Shown here one piece after another: positions 15,932 to 22,529 of a stretch of 64,000 bases of DNA. A program made the position numbers and the translations under genes. Source of the DNA: Campylobacterales bacterium. GTDB lineage: Bacteria; Campylobacterota; Campylobacteria; Campylobacterales; QNZT01. The stretch's first letter is position 1. The number at the start of each line of letters is the position of its first letter. Location of the stretch: NCBI GenBank assembly GCA_027068765.1, contig JAMOMC010000188.1:199-64198 (forward strand). The letters run 5' to 3'. The notes under the pieces are model-generated. The model was not told where the DNA came from. It made no database searches and saw nothing but the letters and a program-made list of their open reading frames with translations.

Positions 15932-18220
15932 ATGAAAAAATATATAGATTTTTTAGATAAATTTAAGTGGGTTATAGCTATCGGTGTGCCTCTTTTGGTT
16001 TTAGCTCTTGCTTCAAATCTTAAACATTTAGAGATGGATGGAAGTTATCGTATCTGGTTTGGAGAGGATTCTAAGATACTTACAGATTATGATGATTTTA
16101 GAAGAACTTTTGGAAATGATGATGCTATCATCATAACTTTCAAAGATGAAAATGGCATCTTTACAAAAAAAGCACTCCAAAGTGTAGAAAATATCACCGA
16201 AGCTCTTTGGCAGATGAAGTATATCGCAAGAGTTGATTCTATAACAAATTACCAATATGTTCACTCAAGCCTTGAAGAACCTGATGATGTGATAGTTGAG
16301 GATTTTATACAAGATATACAAAATGCAGATAAGACATATCTAGAAGGTAGAAAAAACATAGCAGTAAACGACCCTTTGATAGTAGATGGTTTTATCTCTC
16401 GTGATGGTACAACAACAATGATATCAGCAAGACTCACACCAAAAGCAAATGACGACACCGATAAGAGTGCGGAAATCATGAAGATGGTAAATGAAATTTT
16501 AGCTCCTGAGATAAAAACAACTGGTTATAAATATTGGTTAAATGGAGGACCACCTCTAAATACATCTTTTGTTGAGATTGGTACAAGTGATGCGACGACA
16601 TTTACACCTCTTGTGCTTATAGCTTCTATGATACTTCTGTTTTTACTATTTCGCCGAGTAAGTGGAGCTTTGATACCAATTGGTGTGGTTGTTTTTACAT
16701 TTTTAACTGTACTTGCTGTGCAGGTTATGCTAGGCTTTAAGTTAAATAACTTTACAGCAAATCTACCAGTTTTTGTTGTTGCTATTGGAATTGCTGATGC
16801 GGTTCATGTCTATATAGTTTGGCTTATGTATAAAAAAGAGGGGCAAAAGAACAAAGATGCAGTTATACATAGTTTGCAAAAAAACTTTCTTCCTATATTT
16901 TTAACATCTGTTACAACTGCAATAGGGTTTGCAACACTTACTATATCTGAAGTTGTTCCTGTTTTTACATTGGGAATTGCTACCGCTAGTGGTGCTATTT
17001 TGGCATTCTTAATATCTATCTTTTGGATGCCTGCTATGCTTTTACTTCTTAAAAAAGAGGTTAAAGCTGAAGTTACTAAAGAGGTAGTTGTTAAAAAATC
17101 TTTTGGTTATGGAGAGTTTATCGTAAAAAATGATAAGAAGATAGTTATCATTACTACTTTGATATTTGCTGTTTTAGCAGCTGGACTTTTTAAAGTAAAA
17201 GTAGATAGCAACACTATAAGATATTTTGATGAGAGTGTAGAGATTAGAAAATCTACAGAATTTTTAGCACAAAATCTAACAGGTCCAATGGCATATGAGA
17301 TAGTTATAGATAGTGGCAAAAAAGATGGTATAAAAGATCCAGAGTTTTTAAATACAGTTGAGAGATTTTATGAAGATTATCAAGAGAAGTTTCCAGATGT
17401 AAGACATCTTAGCTCTATCTTAGATATCGTAAAACGCTTCAACAAAGTTCTTGATGGCAAAGATGAAGTCCCAGACAATCAAAACTTAATAGCCCAATAT
17501 CTACTACTTTACTCTCTATCTCTTCCTCAAGGTATGGAGCTAAATGACAAGATGGATATAGATGAGAGAAAAATCAGAGTAACAGGTAGAGTAAATATAG
17601 TAGATACATCTACAGATTTACAAATGATAGAGTATGCTCATGATTGGTGGGAAGATACACCATATAGTGCAAATGTCAATGGTCAAACAGCGATGTTTGC
17701 ATACATGCAAAGTGATGTTACAGATACTCTTATCTACTCTTTGTCTTTAGCGATAACTCTTGTTTCTATTTTGATGTTAATTATATTTAGAAGACCAAAA
17801 CTACTTTGGGTTTTTATATTACCAAATCTACTGCCAGTTATGTTAGTAGTTGGAGTTATGGGCTGGATAGGGATAAATATCGATATAGGAGTAGCCATAG
17901 CAGGAGCCATCATCATTGGGGTTGCAGTTGATGATACGATACACTTTTTAGTTAAGTATTTTGATGCAAGAAAAAGAGGACTCTGTTTGGCAAATGCTTT
18001 TGATGAAGTGCTTCGTTATGCTGGAAAGGCTATAGCATTTACAACTATAATACTTAGTATATCATTTTCTGTTTTTGCATTTAGTACATTTACTCCAAAT
18101 CAAAACTTTGGAATAGTTACTGCATCTGCTCTTGTTATCGCATTTGTAGTGGATTTGTTACTTCTTCCTGCACTTTTAAGTATATCTGAAAAGAGGGGTT
18201 CTAAAAATGAGTGTTTGTAA
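15932..18220 (+). CDS. RND-superfamily MMPL/HpnN-like exporter
   Basis: 762 aa with two 6-TM bundles separated by soluble loops. Typical MMPL stretches are present (GIADAVH, VAVDDTIHFL). Confidence 0.85.
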   Translation: MKKYIDFLDKFKWVIAIGVPLLVLALASNLKHLEMDGSYRIWFGEDSKILTDYDDFRRTFGNDDAIIITFKDENGIFTKKALQSVENITEALWQMKYIARVDSITNYQYVHSSLEEPDDVIVEDFIQDIQNADKTYLEGRKNIAVNDPLIVDGFISRDGTTTMISARLTPKANDDTDKSAEIMKMVNEILAPEIKTTGYKYWLNGGPPLNTSFVEIGTSDATTFTPLVLIASMILLFLLFRRVSGALIPIGVVVFTFLTVLAVQVMLGFKLNNFTANLPVFVVAIGIADAVHVYIVWLMYKKEGQKNKDAVIHSLQKNFLPIFLTSVTTAIGFATLTISEVVPVFTLGIATASGAILAFLISIFWMPAMLLLLKKEVKAEVTKEVVVKKSFGYGEFIVKNDKKIVIITTLIFAVLAAGLFKVKVDSNTIRYFDESVEIRKSTEFLAQNLTGPMAYEIVIDSGKKDGIKDPEFLNTVERFYEDYQEKFPDVRHLSSILDIVKRFNKVLDGKDEVPDNQNLIAQYLLLYSLSLPQGMELNDKMDIDERKIRVTGRVNIVDTSTDLQMIEYAHDWWEDTPYSANVNGQTAMFAYMQSDVTDTLIYSLSLAITLVSILMLIIFRRPKLLWVFILPNLLPVMLVVGVMGWIGINIDIGVAIAGAIIIGVAVDDTIHFLVKYFDARKRGLCLANAFDEVLRYAGKAIAFTTIILSISFSVFAFSTFTPNQNFGIVTASALVIAFVVDLLLLPALLSISEKRGSKNECL

Positions 18221-18242
18221 AAATTATTGAGCTATATGTTTA

Positions 18243-18279
18243 GAACTAGAGTTTGAAAAAACTCTAGTTCAAGTTTTTT
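18243..18279 (+). terminator. Rho-independent terminator of the exporter operon
   Basis: Perfect 11-bp stem GAACTAGAGTT-tgaaaa-AACTCTAGTTC, then aagTTTTTT. Confidence 0.75.
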
Positions 18280-18416
18280 GATAGCCCATATTAATAAAGC
18301 CAAATCACTGCATGTGCTTGTTTCTTATGATGAAAAAGCTCAAATATGTTACATTATAACAACATATGAACCAGCTACAAGATATTTTTTAGAAGACCTG
18401 ATAACAAGGAAAAAAA
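18257..18416 (+). pseudogene. 5'-truncated DUF4258-like toxin gene fragment
   Basis: Translation ..KSLHVLVSYDEKAQICYIITTYEPATRYFLEDLITRKK resembles the C-terminal beta-strands of DUF4258 toxins. There is no start codon or N-terminal half, and the frame runs into the next relic. Confidence 0.35.
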
Positions 18417-18661
18417 ATGATAGCAGATGTCCTATCTGTCAAGGATATAAATAAAATTCTTTTACAATATTTACAGTTGATTTGAAGTTTGGTATAATTG
18501 TAGTTCGTGATGTTCCTGCAATGATTTGTGAGCAATGTGGTGAAGAGTGGATTGCAGATAAAGAAGTAGGATAACTAGAGACTATTGTAAACGACGCAAG
18601 GCAAAAACATAGTATGATAGAAGTTGCTAATTTTTCAGATTTGTTGAGGGTTGCTAGTTAA
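18417..18661 (+). pseudogene. disrupted YgiT-type (MqsA-like) zinc-finger antitoxin gene
   Basis: Translation CPICQG..(TAA 18452)..FTIFTVDLKFGIIVVRDVPAMICEQCGEEWIADKEVG(TAA 18572)LETIVNDARQKHSMIEVANFSD. The ATG at 18417 is out of frame with the first Cys pair. Confidence 0.5.
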
Positions 18662-18791
18662 TAATATGGGTTTATGATAACCAATAACCTAAAATTTTGG
18701 ATTTTTTTAAAATATAAAGGTGTGGTGGGGACACTACAGTCTCTTACTTTTAGCTTCATAAGGGTTTTTAGAGATGACCTTAATATACTAA

Positions 18792-18800
18792 TGCTATAAT
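18792..18800 (+). promoter_or_regulatory. extended -10 (TGcTATAAT) promoter element
   Basis: TGCTATAAT lies 36 nt upstream of the ATG at 18836, and AGGAGG lies at 18824-18829. Confidence 0.4.
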
Positions 18801-18835
18801 TTAATTTTTAAACTTATAAAATAGGAGGTAAGAAG

Positions 18836-19495
18836 ATGGGATTATTAGGAACATTAGGAAAAGTTGCGATGGGTGTTATGATTGCTAAGGGTGTTGGAAA
18901 TGCTATGGGTGGTTCAGGTGGACTTGGTGGTATGCTTGGTGGACTTTTAGGTGGTGATAAACAAAGTGGAGGAAATAGCAATCAACAAAGCGGTGGTTTA
19001 GCTGGTGGTTTGGGTGGTTTGCTGAACTCTTTGAGTGGTGGTTCACAAAACAATAAGATATCTACTGCAGATGATAGTAATAATCTTGGAGGATTGTTAA
19101 ACTCTGCATTTGCTGGTGAAGAGGTGACTTCCACACCAGAACAAGAGGAGCAAGCTAAACTTTTATTAAGAGCTATGATAAGTGCTGCTAAGGCAGATGG
19201 TAGTATAGATGCAGATGAGCAGAAGAAAATTACTGAGCATATTGGAGATATTACTCCAGAAGATATAGAGTTTGTAAAAAGTGAGATGCAAGCACCTGTT
19301 GATATTGAAGCTTTGATAGCTAGTGTTCCCTCTGGCATGGAGCAACAAGTTTATATGATGAGTTTATTAGCAATCAATCTTGATTCAAAATCAGAAGCAC
19401 TTTATCTAGACAAACTTGCAAAAGGTTTAAATGTTTCCAATGAAGTAGCTGATTCAATTCATGAAAAATTAGGAGCAGCCAAACTATATAGTTAA
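18836..19495 (+). CDS. DUF533/TerB-family (YebE-like) protein with Gly-rich N-terminal region
   Basis: The C-terminal half (LLLRAMISAAKADGSIDADEQKKI...YMMSLLAINLDSKSEALYLDKLAKGL) fits the DUF533/TerB fold pattern. The N-terminus carries GGLGG repeats. Confidence 0.7.
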   Translation: MGLLGTLGKVAMGVMIAKGVGNAMGGSGGLGGMLGGLLGGDKQSGGNSNQQSGGLAGGLGGLLNSLSGGSQNNKISTADDSNNLGGLLNSAFAGEEVTSTPEQEEQAKLLLRAMISAAKADGSIDADEQKKITEHIGDITPEDIEFVKSEMQAPVDIEALIASVPSGMEQQVYMMSLLAINLDSKSEALYLDKLAKGLNVSNEVADSIHEKLGAAKLYS

Positions 19496-20547
19496 CTCTT
19501 ATTTGCACTTTTAAAGACAAAAGCTAAGACCTCTGCAACAGCTTTGTAGAGGTTCTCTGGTATCACTTCATCTATGTTAGCAGATTTGTAAAGTTCTCTT
19601 GCTAATGGAGGATTTTCTATTATTTGGATTAGGTGATTTCTACCTATCTCTTTGATTTTTAAAGCTATCTTGTCTGCTCCTTTTGCTACTACTCTTGGAG
19701 CAGACTCTTTTTCTTTATCATATCTTAGTGCTACTGCAAAATGGGTTGGGTTTGTGATGATGACATCTGCACTTGGAAGTTCTGACATCATTCTTTTTTG
19801 TGCTAATTGCATCTGTACTTGTTTTATTTTAGCTTTTATTAGAGGATCACCTTCCATCTGTTTGTACTCATCTTTTACCTCTTGTTTACTCATCTTTAAA
19901 TCTTTAAAGTATTGATAGCGAACTATCATAAGATCAACCATTCCTAAAACAAAAAATATCATAAGCATAATCAAAACCATTATGATGATTTTTTCAGCTA
20001 ACCACTTCATCTGGCTCATAATGTCAAAATTTATAACAGTTGGAAGCTCTTTTGTATACTCTATCAAAAAGTAAAATGCAATTACAAAAACTATAATTAC
20101 TTTAGCAGTTATCTTAATACCCTCTATAAGTTTTTTCATAGAGATTAGTTTTCCAAGACCTTTAATAGGGTCAATCTTTTTTAAATCAGGAGTAAGAGGC
20201 TTGGTAGTATATACAAAACCAAACTGCACAAGCCCAGCAACAATACCAGAAAGAGCAACGATAGAAGCAATAGGGAGTATCATAAAAACAAGCTCTCTTA
20301 ATGAGATAAAACCGATATCAAATACAATTGTGGTAGTTAGAGGCACACCTATGAGTGACATATAATATTCATATATAAAAATTATCCTCTGCATAATAAA
20401 AGGAATAAAAATATATACAGCTACAACAGCAACTAAAAGAGTTATAAAAGAGCTTGTATCTTGACTTTTTGGGACATTTCCCTCTTTTCTTGCATCTTCT
20501 ATTTTTTTGGAGGTTGGCTCTTCGGTTTTCTCCATATCATCAGCCAT
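19492..20547 (-). CDS. flhB: flagellar type III export gate protein FlhB
   Basis: Motifs EKTEEPTSKKIEDARKEGNVPKS, four TM segments, the NPTH autocleavage site (ITNPTHFAVAL) and ENPPLAR. Confidence 0.92.
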   Translation of the reverse strand: MADDMEKTEEPTSKKIEDARKEGNVPKSQDTSSFITLLVAVVAVYIFIPFIMQRIIFIYEYYMSLIGVPLTTTIVFDIGFISLRELVFMILPIASIVALSGIVAGLVQFGFVYTTKPLTPDLKKIDPIKGLGKLISMKKLIEGIKITAKVIIVFVIAFYFLIEYTKELPTVINFDIMSQMKWLAEKIIIMVLIMLMIFFVLGMVDLMIVRYQYFKDLKMSKQEVKDEYKQMEGDPLIKAKIKQVQMQLAQKRMMSELPSADVIITNPTHFAVALRYDKEKESAPRVVAKGADKIALKIKEIGRNHLIQIIENPPLARELYKSANIDEVIPENLYKAVAEVLAFVFKSANKS

Positions 20548-20559
20548 GGTGCTCCTTTT

Positions 20560-21384
20560 TTACTTGTGTTCAATCCTCATAGAAAAATCAAGCCAGACAG
20601 CTTTGTGAATTAAGCTACCACTACTTATGGCATCTACTCCTGTTTTGGCAAACTCTACTATATTTGTTTTATCCACATTTCCACTAGCTTCTATGAGGAC
20701 TGAAGGAAAGTTTTTATCTCTATATTTAACTACTTTTTTTATATCTTCAGTTTTCATATTGTCACACATTATGAGACTAGCTCCTGCAGACATGGCTTCA
20801 TAAGTTGCCTCTATACTTTCACACTCTATCTCTATTTTAGATGTGTAGGGAATCCTTTTTCTAGCCATTTTGATAAATTGATGCAAGTCATCAATAGCAG
20901 CTAAGTGAGTATCTTTTAACATCAAACAATCATCAAGTCCTAGCCTATGGTTTGTTCCTCCACCACATCTTACAGCATATTTTTCCATTACTCTTAAACC
21001 TGGTCTTGTTTTTCTTGTATCTAAAAGTCTTACATCATAATCTTTTACAAGCTCTACAAAAGATGCCGTATTTGTAGATATACCACTACAGTGTTGCAAG
21101 ATATTTAAAATTACTCTCTCATACATTAAAACTCTATTTGCTTCACCTCTTACATAAGCTATAATTTCACCTTTTTTAAGAGTGTTTCCATCATATTTTA
21201 AAAACTCTATCTCTAAATGCTCCATCTCTCCTAGCTCTTTTATGTAGAGTTTACCAGAGAAGATACCATCCTCTTTTGCTATAATTTTTGCTTCAACTTT
21301 TCGACGGTCACTAACAAGTGAAAAAAGATCTCCTCTTCCTATATCTTCAAGTATGGCTTCTCTAACAGTCTCTTTTACTCTCAT
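20560..21384 (-). CDS. nadC: nicotinate-nucleotide diphosphorylase (carboxylating)
   Basis: Motifs DTRKTRPGLR, KYAVRCGGGTNHR, LKDTH and SSGSLIH. Confidence 0.92.
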   Translation of the reverse strand: MRVKETVREAILEDIGRGDLFSLVSDRRKVEAKIIAKEDGIFSGKLYIKELGEMEHLEIEFLKYDGNTLKKGEIIAYVRGEANRVLMYERVILNILQHCSGISTNTASFVELVKDYDVRLLDTRKTRPGLRVMEKYAVRCGGGTNHRLGLDDCLMLKDTHLAAIDDLHQFIKMARKRIPYTSKIEIECESIEATYEAMSAGASLIMCDNMKTEDIKKVVKYRDKNFPSVLIEASGNVDKTNIVEFAKTGVDAISSGSLIHKAVWLDFSMRIEHK

Positions 21385-22373
21385 ATTTCAAACATCCTAT
21401 CAAGTGCAACTTTTGCCCATTTAGCTACCTCTTCATCCACTAAAACTTCAAAAACTATTTTGTCATCTTCTATTGATTTTAGTACATTATATAGATCTTC
21501 TAAAGTTGTTTCATTCATAGTAGGACACTCTGGTTTTGTAGAAGAGAGTACGTAAGTGTTCTCTTTTCTTAAGCGGTTTACAAGGTTAAACTCAGTCCCA
21601 ACTGCTACTTTTTGTTCTTTTGGTAACTCTTTTATATATTTTATAATTTGACTAGTTGAGCCTACAAAGTCAGATGCTTCACAAACTTCAGGTTTACACT
21701 CAGGATGAGAGATAATCTTTATATCTGGATATTTGTCTCTATAAAATTCAATATCTTCAACATCAAAAAGCTGATGAACTGAACAAAAACCATTGTAACA
21801 GATGATATCCGCATCTTTTGGATCACTTCCATCCCCAATAACACAAGATGTTAATCCCATCATGATGGCGATATTTTGTCCTAAGCATTTATCTGGAACA
21901 AAAAGAATTTTTTTACCACTTTTTAACCCTTTTTCGATAATTTTTTTAGCATTTGAGCTTGTACAGACCAAACCACCCATCTGCCCAACTTTTGCTTTTA
22001 CTTCAGCTGAGGAGTTGATATAAGTTATAGGCATAATATCATCTTTTTTAATACCCGCTTTTTCTAAAAGTTTTACACTTGTATCATAATGCTCTCCATC
22101 AATCATTCTAGCCATCGCACAACAGGCAATTTTTGGCATAAGAACTCTCTTTTTTGGCGAGAGTATCTTGACACTTTGTCCCATAAAACCAACTCCACAA
22201 AATACTAGAAAAGGGTTAGTGTCTTGGACTGCCATTTGTGCTAATTGCAAAGAATCTCCTGAAAAATCAGCCATATCAAAAACTTCATCTTTTTGATAGA
22301 AGTGTGCGACTATGGTTACATTTAGCTTCTCTTTGAGTCTTAGTATCTCTTTTTTATAATCTTCGTTTGTCAA
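21381..22373 (-). CDS. nadA: quinolinate synthase
   Basis: Motifs VAHFYQ, SGDSLQLA, CAMA, YINSSAEVKA, CTSSNA, CSVH and GTE. Confidence 0.92.
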   Translation of the reverse strand: MTNEDYKKEILRLKEKLNVTIVAHFYQKDEVFDMADFSGDSLQLAQMAVQDTNPFLVFCGVGFMGQSVKILSPKKRVLMPKIACCAMARMIDGEHYDTSVKLLEKAGIKKDDIMPITYINSSAEVKAKVGQMGGLVCTSSNAKKIIEKGLKSGKKILFVPDKCLGQNIAIMMGLTSCVIGDGSDPKDADIICYNGFCSVHQLFDVEDIEFYRDKYPDIKIISHPECKPEVCEASDFVGSTSQIIKYIKELPKEQKVAVGTEFNLVNRLRKENTYVLSSTKPECPTMNETTLEDLYNVLKSIEDDKIVFEVLVDEEVAKWAKVALDRMFEI

Positions 22374-22428
22374 TTTTAAATTCCTTTTCGAATTAGTTTT
22401 GACTATTATAACATATGATTTATGAAGC

Positions 22429-22455
22429 TAAATCTTTTTTTAATATTGCCGATAA
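22429..22455 (+). promoter_or_regulatory. sigma28 (FliA)-type promoter, exact TAAA-N15-GCCGATAA
   Basis: TAAA (22429-22432), a 15-nt T-rich spacer, and GCCGATAA (22448-22455). It lies 74 nt upstream of the GTG at 22530 (SD AAGGAG). Confidence 0.65.
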
Positions 22456-22529
22456 ATAGAAGTGTGAGCCAACTTTTAATATGTGAGGTTATTGAAAAAC
22501 CTTTTACCATCTAAAATAAAGGAGAAGCC

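Noticed and set aside
18410-18417. A8 homopolymer as a possible phase-variation tract
   Set aside because: It lies inside the decayed TA relic, which has additional inactivating stops. I saw no G/C homopolymer of 8 or more anywhere in the window.
18982-19348. 118-aa and 60-aa minus-strand ORFs inside the DUF533 gene
   Set aside because: They are antisense artefacts of the Gly-rich (GGN) coding region. The sense ORF has a clear TerB-like domain and an AGGAGG RBS.
19492-19495. Convergent genes overlapping at their stops (TTAA here; also 391-411, 30430-30447 and 47227-47237)
   Set aside because: This is consistent with general genome compaction. There is no evidence of a specific regulatory function.
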